Shown piece by piece: positions 48,587 through 62,607 of a stretch of 64,000 nucleotides of DNA. Below the pieces are notes generated by a model. The model did no database searches and had not been told where the DNA came from. It saw nothing but the letters and a program-made list of their open reading frames with translations. Source of the DNA: Fimicolochytrium jonesii (Eukaryota); NCBI RefSeq assembly GCF_025526975.1, contig NW_026515671.1:992001-1056000 (forward strand). The letters run 5' to 3'. Each line of letters starts with the position of its first letter. Position 1 is the stretch's first letter. The translations under genes were made by a program, and so were the position numbers.

Positions 48587-50224
48587 GACAGGCGGGTTGG
48601 ACTATGTGCTATTTGGGCGTGAGTTATCGGTCAAGATCATATCGCTGTGGGAAAGGGATAACAAGGGCCGCTTTAACTTATGGAAACATACTGAAGTTTC
48701 ACGGCGCTAGGTTGCGGATAACCTGGGCAGCATTCGGGGAGGGAAAGGCTTAGCGGACTGCTGCAATACTCTTATATGAAGTGCGCTGCAATGTTGCGGT
48801 GATGGTGGGGACTTTTGAGGTTTGTCCCATGCCAGCCATGCTTTGCGGATTGCGGCCTGCCCCCCAGGAATGCCCAGAAATGCGAGTCGCAGAGAGTGTC
48901 ACGCACAGACCCACGCGTTTCATCTCCCGTTCAAGGCTCCAGCGTTCTTCCGGTCAACCGACATCAGACCACACGGATGGACGCTGCTTCTCCGTCATAA
49001 AGCCCTCCAATGAAAGAGTTCGTTATGCGTGCCGCCCGCATCTCAGAAAACCCCTACATCCTATCTTAACAATAATGTCACTCCCACGCACGACTCCCAG
49101 CCGTCACTTCGAACATCACGCATATGATTGATGGTAGCGTACAAGTGTAAAGATGTAGGAACACGCCCCAAACACACATCAATGTCCAATCCCACTCGGG
49201 ACTCCAACACACCCCTTCTTCCCCTCCAACACTCTCCATCCAGTTTGCATCAGGCACCGCGAAAGATTGATACGTTCGATCCCGCCCGAGTCCTTTCTTC
49301 TTGTTTAATGATGTGGAGATGGTTGTGTTTCCTTACTGGAGTTGATTGGGTCCAATGCGTTGATTTTGATGAAATCCTTCTTCGTCGGACGAGGGATGAT
49401 GCCCGGGGCGTCCGGAAGCGGTGCTTTCAGCTTTGTTCAGTCCGGGCGATTTGGCTCCACTGCAAAACAAAAGATATTCCCATCAAATCAGTCCTCCAGT
49501 CTCAAACGCAATCAAACCCAGGAGCATCCAATCCCCAGTTCCTTACCCTTCACAACACTCTTCCACCCCCTCAACGATATTTGCTCGCTGTGCCTGTATG
49601 CCTTCCTTAATCGGCATTCTGAGAAAAATATCCCTCCGACAAATTGACAGGCGCTTATGTCACAGAATGACACTATTGACAGGCGAGTGTTCTCAAGTTT
49701 CATCAGTCCGACGAGGCCTACTATGGGGAGCCATCCTTAATGGCCCCATAGCCTACACCCTCACGTCCGCGAACCAGAAAACGTTGGTCTCCCTCTATAT
49801 AGCGCCACGGCATTCGAGGGAAGTAGCGTTCCTAGCTAATACTTCTCTGACGCCTCTTGGACTTCAACCACACCACCGGCCGCATACTCTTTCTCGGCGA
49901 GCGGAATCTGAAACATTGGAACAACAGACCAAGATCGCAACGAAATCAAGTTTTGTTTCACGTATATGTATTTTATATAACAACATGTAAAACCAATAGT
50001 TGCAATGAGGCATGCCGAAAGCGGCACAACTTGTGAAGCGTGGAATGTATACAAAGGGTGGGAATATGTGGATGAACAATTATGGCCAGACAGAAGTGGA
50101 GGCCAAAATCCGAGCATTTATACTAGATAATCTACTAAAACCGAGTCCAAAAAGAGTATGTACGAGAGCAAGGGTGGGATAAGAACTTGTGCGGATGGTA
50201 TATCCGACAAATATCAGTGTTCCC

Positions 50225-51172
50225 CTAGATGCGAAGCACAGGGAAAGCAGGCCCCGAGAACGGGTTCAGCGTTTGTCTCGAGGTCTTTTTCGACGTACGT
50301 CCCTTGGCGGTCTCGATATCAGAAGCGTAGGCCGAATCAGCGGCCGTGTGGACGGAGATGATGGAGGCTGGGCGGATGTGGATGACCGAAACAGAGGGTT
50401 CGGATTGGGGGACGGTTGTTAGCGTGATTTCGGGGGATGAGGTGGTGGATTCGGTTTGTGTGGTGGGAGTGGATACGGTTTTCTTCTCGGAAGCGTAGAC
50501 GAGGGTAGTCGCCCAGCATTGTGCGCCGTTGAAGCTGGAGGGCATCGCGATGAAGTTCTTGCCCTCAGGTGCGGGTTTCTGCTGTTTCTTGTTTTGCTTC
50601 TTGAGCGCCTTGGCAGCTTTCAGGTCCGAGAAGATGGGTCCGGATTCGTAGACGAGGGATGTGGCCCAGGATTGAGCGCCAGTGAATGCAGAGGGCATCG
50701 CGATATGGGCCTTTGTAGATTTTGCAACGGTGGTGGGTTCAACCAGCTGCTGCTTGTTCGCCTTCTTGGCAGCTTTCGCCGAGAAGATGGGCCCGGATTC
50801 GTAGACGAGCGCGGTAGCCCATGATTGGGCGCCGTTGAACGCCGAGGGCATGGCGATGAAGTTCTTGGAAGACTTTGCAACCGTGGCCTTAGCCGCCGGT
50901 TGCTTCTTCTCCTTCTTTCCGGCGTTCTTGTGCTTCAAGTCCTCAAAGATGGGGCCAGACTCGTGAACGAGCGCCGAAGCCCACTGCTGGGTCATTACAC
51001 CGGAGGAGGGCATGATGACGAATTTATCGGCGGTGGTGGTGGTGGCTGGGGTGATAGTCGATGTCTTTTGTTGGGCCTTGATGGCTTTAGCGACTTTCAG
51101 GTCAGCGAAGATGGGGCCGGATTGGTGCTCGAGGGCGGAAGACCACTGTTGTTGGAGGGCGATGGAGGGCAT
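50225..51172 (-). CDS. Orphan intronless protein with five ~50-aa tandem modules (MPS-x6-W-x3-L-x2-ESGPIF plus Lys-rich linker), 315 aa
   Basis: Clean ORF with synonymous-site divergence between repeats, C/G-ending codon bias, upstream TATAAAA and a CA-rich leader. Confidence 0.85.
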   Translation of the reverse strand: MPSIALQQQWSSALEHQSGPIFADLKVAKAIKAQQKTSTITPATTTTADKFVIMPSSGVMTQQWASALVHESGPIFEDLKHKNAGKKEKKQPAAKATVAKSSKNFIAMPSAFNGAQSWATALVYESGPIFSAKAAKKANKQQLVEPTTVAKSTKAHIAMPSAFTGAQSWATSLVYESGPIFSDLKAAKALKKQNKKQQKPAPEGKNFIAMPSSFNGAQCWATTLVYASEKKTVSTPTTQTESTTSSPEITLTTVPQSEPSVSVIHIRPASIISVHTAADSAYASDIETAKGRTSKKTSRQTLNPFSGPAFPVLRI

Positions 51173-51332
51173 CTTTTGCGATTTGTTGGTTGGGTTGTGT
51201 AGGGTTTGGATTGTTGCTGCTGCTGATGGATGTGCAGGAAAGAAGAGCGTAGGAGTGCGTTTGCTGTTGCTGTTGTGTTGCTGTGTGTGTGTGGGATGAT
51301 GGACAGAAAGGGAAGAGGCCGACCACCCTTCC

Positions 51333-51339
51333 TTTTATA
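51333..51339 (-). promoter_or_regulatory. Canonical TATA box (TATAAAA) of the repeat-protein gene
   Basis: About 160 nt upstream of the ATG at 51172. Confidence 0.55.
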
Positions 51340-52258
51340 TCCATCGCCGAGACAGCTTTCCGCAGACCTACGCACTCCGTTCCTGCATAGTTGGGCATGG
51401 GGTGAGAGAGGAAGGTTGAGACGGCATGGGAGTGAAAGCGTTGAGAGAAAGAAAAATGCGGAAGGAGGAGCAGTTTATGGCATGGAGGTGGGTGTTGTGG
51501 CTGCTATTCGGCTGCTAGCCCACGAGTTTTTTCAGAAGGAGCCCATGTCCACTTTCGACGCGTGTGCTTGAATTTTTGGAAGTCGGAAATTCGAATGTGG
51601 AAGGAGCTACTGTACGTGTGCGGGAGCGCTTTCGTGGGACTTGTCTTGGCAAGCGGAAGGAACCTCGAATCCCTCGATGTGGCAGCGAACCGGCGGAGGA
51701 GCCACGGAGGGTCCAAAAAGCAGGCGCCAGTTTAGTTTAGACTTTTGTCGTGGGACGAATGAATCATGGGCCGCCGGCGCACGCGGAACAGAAAAAAAGA
51801 ACAAAGAACAATCCAAGAAAAACCCCCGCTTCATCAAGCCTTCATTCAATTAATCCATGGGATCCACGGGCACGGGGGCCCAGCAGCAAGCAGAAAGGAG
51901 AGACAGCTGTGGTGGCCCGTGGGTGGACCAGTTGCACAACTTCCATTCATCAAAAGGCACAACACCACGGCGCGTTTACGCCCACGCCGCCAGCGCACGC
52001 GTAATGAATTTAATGAGTTCCAATCTAAGTGAGGCGTCCCACCTGGCGCCTCCAACAGAAGTATTAAGTGTGTTGATGATCACGTAAGCAACTCTACACG
52101 CGTGCATTGAAACTGTCAATCTCTGCGAGCTTGAACGCTGATGTGTTTCGCCCCAACCAGCGCCCTTGTACAAGTCCCCAATGTGAGGCATATAAGATCG
52201 AGAGATAGCCTATATAGAAATACAATATTCGCCCCTTGTACCTTCCCAATGTCCAATC

Positions 52259-55200
52259 TCACCGCACACCCTGACTTGCACGAATAGGTGGCAAAGCCTG
52301 TCTTGACGGTTCCAGGGCCAAGAACTGCGACATCCTGTCGTCGAATCCAGGCGGCCTGCGCGACGAGTCTATGAATGGCGGGTTTAGGGAGGGCTCGTTT
52401 GGGGATGTGCCGTCTTGTCGCGGTCCTGCAAACGGAGCCGCCTCTGCGTGTAAGGCCTCGATCAAATGACAGTGGTCTTCGAATTGTTTCAATCGCTTTT
52501 TGTATGCGTTGCGGACCCAGTCTTTTGAAAATGGGTTGTTGCCTGTCAGGGAGGTACAGTCAGCATTACTGGAAGTGAGGATGTAGGGGCGTTCCGCAAA
52601 ATCCAACTACCTTTGAGGTACAAAGCAAGATACTCCACAGCTGATGCATCTATGCTCTTGAAAGGATGCTTTGGCCGGACCTTGCCGACCGCCAAGAGCG
52701 CCTCGGTGATCCGCGTGGCTACTGTCTGCTCAAGATATCCGACAAGCGGAAGATTGCCTACAGGTATTGGGGTTTGGCGAGGCGGGAGTTTCGCGGGGAG
52801 AACGAGCGATGCGTACTTCCATGGCGTCCTGCCAGTAGCGCAAATTGTTCATCAGTTATCCGATACACGGACAATCAGGGCGCAGCCCATAAGTTATGGG
52901 ACGAGAGGACAAACCTCATAAACGCCTCGCGCTTCTGTTCGCTCTCCATGCTGTACAGCTTGTTGTCATACTCGGCGATAAAGTCCTGGCGGCCGGGCAC
53001 GATGCTCTGGAACCTATGCCAAATGAGCTTCCTACGAGTTTCACACGGCCATCTGAAAACATGGCCTCATCCAACTTACCCTTTGGGCCCTTCAGCGAAC
53101 GTGACAGGACAATACCCCTGCAACTCGATCTGCGCAGGGAACATAGCCTTGACATCGCCGGGCGTCCGTCGTACCGGAAGCACAGCAGGTAGTTCCTTCC
53201 CTTCCTCGACAAACTTTGTTGGGCCAGCCAGGAACATTGATAGCTCGGACGGGCCCGCTGTACGATAATACATCCCCTATCAAACCGGAGTGAGTATTGC
53301 ACAACACATTTGTCTGGCGAGATCGATGTTCTTGACGACTCACCTTGTATACAGCCATGTATTCTGTCCCTCCCGGGCCCACGACGAGCTCGCCGTTCTG
53401 TGTCAGGCTGACGGGGCAGTAGTCACCGACTGGTCCCATGTTCTTGGCCACTTCGTCGAGGTTCACTGCAACGTCATGAATCGGGGCTGCCGTATCTATC
53501 CGACCAGGATGGAAACAACCCACATCAATCAACCACACCGCTCCTCATCCGTGTCCACCCACACGGAAACAAACCTTTATTCAACGCCTCCAAATACAAT
53601 TGCCGATTCTCAATATTCTTCTCCACCCTCGCCCGCAGTATCGCCCGCGTAGCCCACACCGATTTCTTCCCGTCCAGAGCTGTCCAGTTGCAATACCGGT
53701 GCTGGTACAATTCCGCCAGGCCCGCGATCCGGTCCTCGTAGCCACGGTTGCGCAGTTGGGTGATTTCGAGGAGATTGTCGACGGAGGGTGTGTCGAAGCT
53801 GGGATCGACAGGGTTAGACGACCGAGAAAGTGATGAGGCAGAATATTCAGTTTCTTTGTTCTTTACCTCATCTCAGGATCCTCTGCCAATTGACATCGTC
53901 GTTCAACTTCCTCCTCCGTAATTTCCAGATTGACGACCAAATGCGGGACGACACCGAGCTGCTCGAGGAGTTTGGCCTGCTGGATGGTCATCGGCCAGCC
54001 TTCGAGGATCCACCCCTTTTCTTGGCATGCCGCGCGGGAGGTGATGATGCGGACCGCCTCTGCAACCATCTCGTCGGGGACTGTTTTGCCTTGTTCTAGG
54101 CATGCTTTGAGCTGTTGAAATCTTCGTTTTAGCACCTACGCGTTAGAAAAAAAAATAGATAGCCACGGTCAAACGTACCTCATCATAAAGCCCCATGCAC
54201 ACCTCCCCTCCATCAATAATACTCTGCAGAACCAGCGGCACGTCCAGCCACACGGCCCCCATCTCCTCCGCCAGCCCTTTCGACACCGTCGTCTTGCCGG
54301 ACTTGCCGATCCCGATCACGCACACCCGCGGGTGCACCGAGGGCGGTGGCGGGGCTTGATTGACGTATTTGGACGTGTTGGATAGGAAGTCCTGTTGTCA
54401 AAATAACAATGCACCATCAGTTAACGGTTTTTTACAAGGGTTAAGACAAACACAAGAAAATGAAACAAACCTTCCGCGCCGCCTTATCCTTCAAAAAGTA
54501 CACACAGTCCTCATAAACAACCGGCAGCGTCCCGATACTCGCGCGCGTGATGTACCGGCTCTTGTTGACCGTGACGGGGCAGTACTTGCGGAACTTGCTG
54601 TAGGTCTTCACTCCCAGCTCGAGAGCGCGCTTGGCTTCTTTGGGAGAAATTTTGTAGGCGTTGCAGAAGAGGCTGGAGCGCTACAGGGTTGATGGCGTTC
54701 GAGGCGGGAGGGGTCGTCTTAGGTGAAATAGGAGCGAGAACGGGTAAGGCGGATAGGAGAGACTTACGTTTTCGAGATAAGTCGCCAGATGTGTGCGGAC
54801 GGCAGCCATGGTTGGTCGGATGGTGAGGTTCGCATCGATCTCCAGCACGGGGATGTGGCTGTTGGCCCGCACCGTCGATGTGATCGTTGATGCGTCCACT
54901 TGGCCATTGTCAATGCTGTAATCGGTCCATCAATGAGTTCTAGCCCACCCACATACACCGCTCATTCTGCCTCACACCTCTCCATAACACCCTCCAAGTC
55001 CTCCTCCTCCTCATCCTCGTCTGCATCCTCCGACTGCTTGAGCGGTAACGTGCCCAGGCGACGCATGACGCTCGCGACGCGGCGCGAGGCTACGTCAGCC
55101 TCGACGGTGAGCTCGACGAAGGCATCGACGTGGTAGTGCGTTTCGAGGACTGCCATGACGCCGTCTTTTGTGGGTGGGAAGGATTCGAGGAAGAAGCCGG

Positions 55201-58200
55201 TTGTTTTGTAGGGCTGCATGTGAGAGGAGATGAATTTAGAATGAGAATGGGTGCTTTTGCTCCGGTGCATCAGGTATCGCAGGGACGCAAACAACATTAC
55301 CTCACTCTCAAACAACTCCCTCAGCACCTTCACCCCCGAATCCGCATCCAACAACATATCCTTATCCCCCTCAGCCGCTGGCTCCCCATTATCCCCATCC
55401 TCCTCCCCACTCACTTCCACCTTCACGGGCGTCTGAGCAGCCAAGTACGCCCTCACAAGCTCCTTCCACTGGACATGCGGCACATGCTCATGTTTCTTGC
55501 GCAGCTCGTTGATGATGGCCGTCTTTCCGCTACCGGGTGGACCGACAAAGACGAGGCGGGGTGGGGGAGCGTGGACGTTTGTGGTGTAGGTTTGAGGCTC
55601 GGCGATGAATTTGGCGAGGGATTCCGGGGTCGTGTGGTAGTAGTAGCGGTACTGAGGGAGGAAGTTGGATCAGCAGTCGGAACTCCGGGAGACTATCAAA
55701 AATGTTGGGAAGATTCTGTACCTTGTACTTTGAAGCATTAGCCGCATCCCCCTTCATGAGCACATCATGCTCCAGCAACGCCACGGGATCATAATCCTTT
55801 GTCGCCCCAAACGGAACCGGAGACGGAAGATTTGAAGCCACCTCTAAAAGATCGGGAGATCACCGCGCATGAGCAAAAAAGCGACACTCTGGTTTCCAGG
55901 CCCGGAAAAGGGAGGGTAGTTTCCCATACCTCCTTTCGCGGCAAACGGATCCAACACATGCTGCACAGTCGCAAACGCCACCCCCGGCCGATCCGCCGCA
56001 TTCAACTTGATCACCACCTGCTTCCCGCCAGCCGGATTCCCCTCCGCATCATGTGGATCACCACTCGGTGGTTGTTGCTCCAAAACCGTCAACACGTCCG
56101 CCAGTTCGCTCGTCTGCCCATTATACAGCTCGTCGTAGAATGGGCGGTGAATGAGTGACGTGAGGTGGGCGGGTGTGGATTGCAGCGCGGCGCCGAGATC
56201 GGGCACGTCTGCGCGACGCCGGACCTTGTCGTCGGCTACATCTACAAATGTGCGATGTGAGCTTCCGACGGTACGAGTATGCATGTTCGCGGCATTCACT
56301 CACCGCTCTGCAAACCGATAGAGTACTGAGGCACGATGCCGCTGGCTATGAGGAGGTTTGTCTGTGTTCGCGGGATGCAGTAGTGTTAAACGAATCATAA
56401 ATGCCGTTACGAAAGCATGGCACAGGTATTTCAATGGATCCGCACCTGCTCCATATTCTGCGGAAATCCATCGAGGACCCATCCCCTGTCCAGCTGATAC
56501 AGGAGAAAAGGAGGTCAATCAGCCACGGATGTGTGATAGCGCTGCACATGGAAACGCTGCTTTACCTTGCCCGCCTTTCGAGCCTCGTCGAGAACGCTTT
56601 GGATGACCTGAACCTGCAGGTCGGCGGGGACGGCCTCACCCTTACTGCAGACTTGAACCACCTAAACATGAAAAACACGGGCATCAATACCGTCTCGCCC
56701 AACATCCCATCACATGGCAATCCCAACCAAACAAACAAAACCTTCTGCGCAACTGCCTTGAACCCCGTCTCAACCTCCCCGCTCTCCCACCTCCCGAAAA
56801 CCTCATCCAACGACAACCACACCAGCCCATAACGCTCCGCCACCGCCCTCGCGAGCGTCGTCTTCCCCGCCCTCGGCCCACCCAGCACCGCGATTTTGAG
56901 TTCGGGCAGCGTGGGCGGTTGCCGGAGGTATTTGGGGGGGTTTTCGAGGAAGAGTGCGAGGTGGGAGGGGGAAGCGAGGAAGTAGACTTTGCCCTGTGAA
57001 CAATGATGCGTTTTAGTTTGGGGAAAGAGATGGGAGGCGAGGGACAGGGAGGGTAAGTACCTTGTAAACGGCGGCATAGTCGAAGGTAGGGACGGGCTCG
57101 AGCTTCCCGGAGGGCCCGTAGGCGGTGACGGGGCAGTAGTTGGCAAAGGCGCCGATATCGCGGGCAGGCTCGTCGGGTTCGAGTTGGGTGGTTGTGTAGT
57201 GCTCGTATGCTGTTTGCGGTGATGTTCCGGCTTCAATCAAAACACCGTTAGTTTGGGGAATTGAGTAGCAATTGCCCTGTTTTCTGGCCAATCTACTCAC
57301 GCGCAAATCCACCCCCCGGCCCCTCCAGCACCCTCGGCAACACCGTCCGTCCAAACTCGCCAAACCCAATCGCATCCAATGCATCTGTCAACCCCGGTAT
57401 CAGCACATCCGGGTGCTGCGTCGCATCCAGCTCAATCTGCCTCTGATCATTAAAGTACTTTCGTTTGACGGTCTCCAAGGGGACGGTGTACGTGCTGTTG
57501 TAGTGGTCGAGGGCGGCGGTGACGAGGTCGGGGGAGTCTTCAGGGCGTTTCACGAGGCTGTGAGATATACGTCAATCAGTGAACGGGGAGTGAGAGTCCT
57601 CAACGACGCTGACGCCCCCGATCTTTTACCGATCAACAACATCCATAGGAATCATCTTCCACTCCACTTTATTACTGAGCTTAACCACCTCCTTCACCTT
57701 CTTCTTCCGCTTCCTCCTCTCCCCATCCTCATCCTCTCCACTCTGACTCCCCTCACTCCTGTCCTCCTCATCCTCCTCCTCATCCCCATCGTCTTCCTTT
57801 TCCTCCTCCTCCTCACCCGCCTCACTCCCCTTGTCATGCTCCCCCTCCTCCTCCTCCTCCCCATTCTCATGCATCCCAATCTTCGCCCTCTTAGCTCTTG
57901 AAAACACAACCTGTGCCCCAGGGTATATTGTCCCTGTCAAGGGATCGATCCATTGCGCGGCGCGGCGGCGGACGAGGTCGTCGTCGGCGAGGGTGAGGGA
58001 GAGGAGGATTGGGGTTTGGTTGGGGGATTTGGAGTTCAGGATCTGGATAAGGGCTGTTATGTCGGGTGGTGGGGTGGTGGTGGATGTGGTGGTGGGCTTG
58101 CAGGTGTTGGGGAGGCCGGCTACCATGTAGCCTTATGATTGGTGTGGTGAGCACCCGCTTCATACAGAGGGTGCATCGAGTCTATTCCTTACCTCGAAAC

Positions 58201-58590
58201 CTCGCAGCCTCCCGCAACGCCGCATCAAGCATCAACTGGACAACCCTATCCGGTGCAACCTGCTGTCCACTCGCCAACGTCTCCAGAATCTAAAAAAGAT
58301 CCCTCCCCATCAGCAAATCATCCCATCCTTCACAGCACCCCAACAACCCCCCCTTGCCAAAAAAAAAAGCCAACCTCTTCATGCCCCGGATGCCCCTGAT
58401 CCTTCACAACACCCTCCAAAACCGCATCAGGCGTAACCAACACAGCGCCAACTTTCTCCGCCAGGCGCTTCGCAACCGTTTTGCGGCCTGAGCCTGGTTT
58501 GCCGAGAATGATGTAGCATGGCCGTTCGGGGTCGGGGTCGGTGGTGGCGAGGAAGGTGGTTAGGGCTTGGGGATTGGGGTTTGTGGGCAT
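52259..58590 (-). CDS. AK9: Adenylate kinase 9-like flagellar protein (multiple AK P-loop domains plus YHS-like 'YCPV' domains), more than 20 exons
   Basis: P-loops 'GKPGSGRKT', 'GGPRAGKTT', 'GPPGSGKT', 'GIGKSGKTT'; repeated 'NYCPVT/KYCPVT/DYCPVS/GYCPVT'; C-terminal 'RPKHPFKS..ASA..YLALYLK|.NNP' typical of AK9. Confidence 0.85.
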
Positions 58591-59238
58591 TTTTGGTTAT
58601 GATGTTTCTGGTCGAAGGGTGCTGTGCTCCTCTTCCGGCGGGATACGTGGAAGTCTGCGGCGGAACAAGTGGTGAGTGTATTGCCGGTTTCGCTCACCCG
58701 AAAGTAACAGCAATTCGAGCAGGTCGCTCAGAGCACGTACTGTCGAAATACTTGTTCCCACTGCTTACGTCACGTGGGTTCGATATTCCGTTCTGCTCAC
58801 ACCGTGAGTTCCGATCCCACAAGCTGAAGCAGTATTACGAGGGTGTATCTATGTCTATGAGGCGGCAGGCTGGCAGTTCTCCTTAAGACGCACTTGCAAC
58901 GCCGCGCCATTGAATCAGGGGTTACAATGGCAAGCCGATAATCTGGCATACGGACATTCCCCTCCAACGGATGTCCTCCGTCATCATAGCGCAGCCCTGC
59001 CGCGGAGACTGACCAGACAGGACAAATCATGGAGAGTCCACCAACGAGAATCCCATACACCACAACCGCAACAACAACAGGATATGATAATGATTCACCA
59101 TAAAATATGTAATAAGTCTATACGAAGAAATAATGAACCACATCCGACACCTAGGAAGCTCAAATCATGATCCCTAAATGTCGCTAGTATAACGCTTGTA
59201 TCTATGGTAAAGAGAAGCCGCTGGCCGCTATCCTCTGT

Positions 59239-60745
<1,507 letters not shown>

Positions 60746-60872
60746 TTAACCCACGGATTAGAGGTCTGTCGCCGACCGTGTATGGATGGATGTCTGCAAT
60801 GAACTCTGATCTAAATACAAATGAAATACACCCGATCCCCTTAGCCGTCCTACGCCGAACAAGAATCTATAT

Positions 60873-62607
60873 TCACAAATCACTCTCAACCCCCCTAACC
60901 TCCTCCCCCACCCCCCGCAGATACGCCTTCACCGCTCCAATCGGCACCTCCTCTCTATGAAAAATCCCCGCCGCAAGCGCAGCCTCAACGCCCGTCTGCC
61001 TAAACACATCCACAAAATGCTCGACCCTTCCCGCGCCGCTGGATGCAATCACAGGGATCTTGACCGCGGATTTAACCATAGAAATAAGTTCGTGATCGTA
61101 CCCGGAGTTGGTCCCGTCCTTGTCCATGCAGTTGAGGAGGATCTCACCGGCGCCGAGGGCTTCGCACGCCGTGACGAGTTGGTGGACGTCGAGGTCGCGG
61201 GGTTCGCGGCCGCCTTTGACTGTGCATTGGTACCAGCAGTATCCTTCCCCCGCGGGGCCCGGGGTGGTGGTGGAGATGACGGTGTGGGTGGGTGCGGCAT
61301 CTGGTGATGCAACATAAACACGGCGTGGGTCGACGGAGATGACTACGGCCTGAGATCCGTAGACGCGGGCGATCTGTTCGATTGCTGTGAGGCCTGTGGG
61401 TTCTTTGTTGTGTTTATGGTGGAAATCTTCCGCGGCGTAGACGGCGTCGCTGCCGATGGATACTTTGTCGGCGCCGGAGCGGAAGTAGGCGCCCGCGACT
61501 TCTAATGCGGGGACGGCGGTGCCCTTTTCGGGGTCGGTGATGTCGCGGATCCCGCCGCCGATGCATAAGGGCACAAACACGGACTCGGACGTGCGTTTGA
61601 GAACCTCGAGCATGGGCAGGTCGCGGAGGGGTACATTGCGGAAGGCTGTGATGTTCAGGAAAGTTATTTCGTCCGCGCCTTGCTCGAAGTACGATCGCGC
61701 GAGGTCGACGGGGCGGCCGAGGTTACGCACGCGGGAACCCGTCCCGTCGTTCAGTTGTTCACGGACATCGTACTGGTCGCCCTTCGTAACGACCAGGTCA
61801 CCGTCGTCGTTGGCGCGGACGTCGAGGCAGGCAACGATACGGCGTGTGAGGTGATCGCGTTCTGGTTTCTGCTGTTGTGATGGAACGCGGACGATGGTGG
61901 TTGGGAATGTTGTCGTTTGCAAGAACGATCGCAGGACTTTAAGCCCAGCAAACCCGCTCTTCTCCGGGTGGAACTGGGTCGCAAACACGTTGCCCTTCCG
62001 TACACTCGCGACGAACCGTTCCTCGCCATACGTCGTTGTTGCGAATTCCCATTCGGCGTCGTGGGCTGGGACAGCGTACGAGTGGACAAAGTAGTATCGC
62101 GTGCCTTCGTCCCCGTCATGGTTCAACCACCGCCCTTCGCCGCCCTGTTCCTGTTGTTGAACCGCAGCGCTGTTCCATCCCATGTGCGGTACCGACTTTG
62201 TGTCGGATTTGAACCGTGTGACAGTTCCTGGAAACAGGCCTAACCCAGGCACACCGGGACTCTCGTCCGACCCTTCAAAGAGACATTGCATCCCGACACA
62301 GATGCCCATAAAAGGTCGGCCGGACGCTATGTATTTCTTCAACGCCTGGTCATACCCCGTCGTCGACAACCGTTGCATGGCTGCCCCAAAGGCGCCGACG
62401 CCCGGGAACAACAGTTTCTACAACAGGAGAAGCCATAGGTTGAGCAAGGGTTGGGGCTGTGACACTGCAAAAGAAGTTCATACGTACGTCGGCCTTATCG
62501 AAATCCTCCAACTTCTCGATCGGACTTATGGAGTAACCGAGCTTAGCCACAGCATTGACGAGCGACCGGACGTTGCCAGCGCCGTAGTCGAGGAGGTAGA
62601 TGGTCAT
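60873..62607 (-). CDS. HIS7: Bifunctional imidazole glycerol phosphate synthase (HisH-HisF), 2 exons
   Basis: 'DYGAGNVRSL', 'PGVG', 'GICVGMQ', 'QFHPEKS', 'ACLDVRAND.GDLVVTKGDQYDV', 'GAGEILLNCMDKDG', 'AALAAGIFHR'. Confidence 0.97.

Noticed and set aside
49182..49990. Small spliced gene (Mpv17/PMP22-like 'RGLLWGAILNGPIAY')
   Set aside because: Resemblance is limited to one short stretch and I could not build a coherent exon chain.
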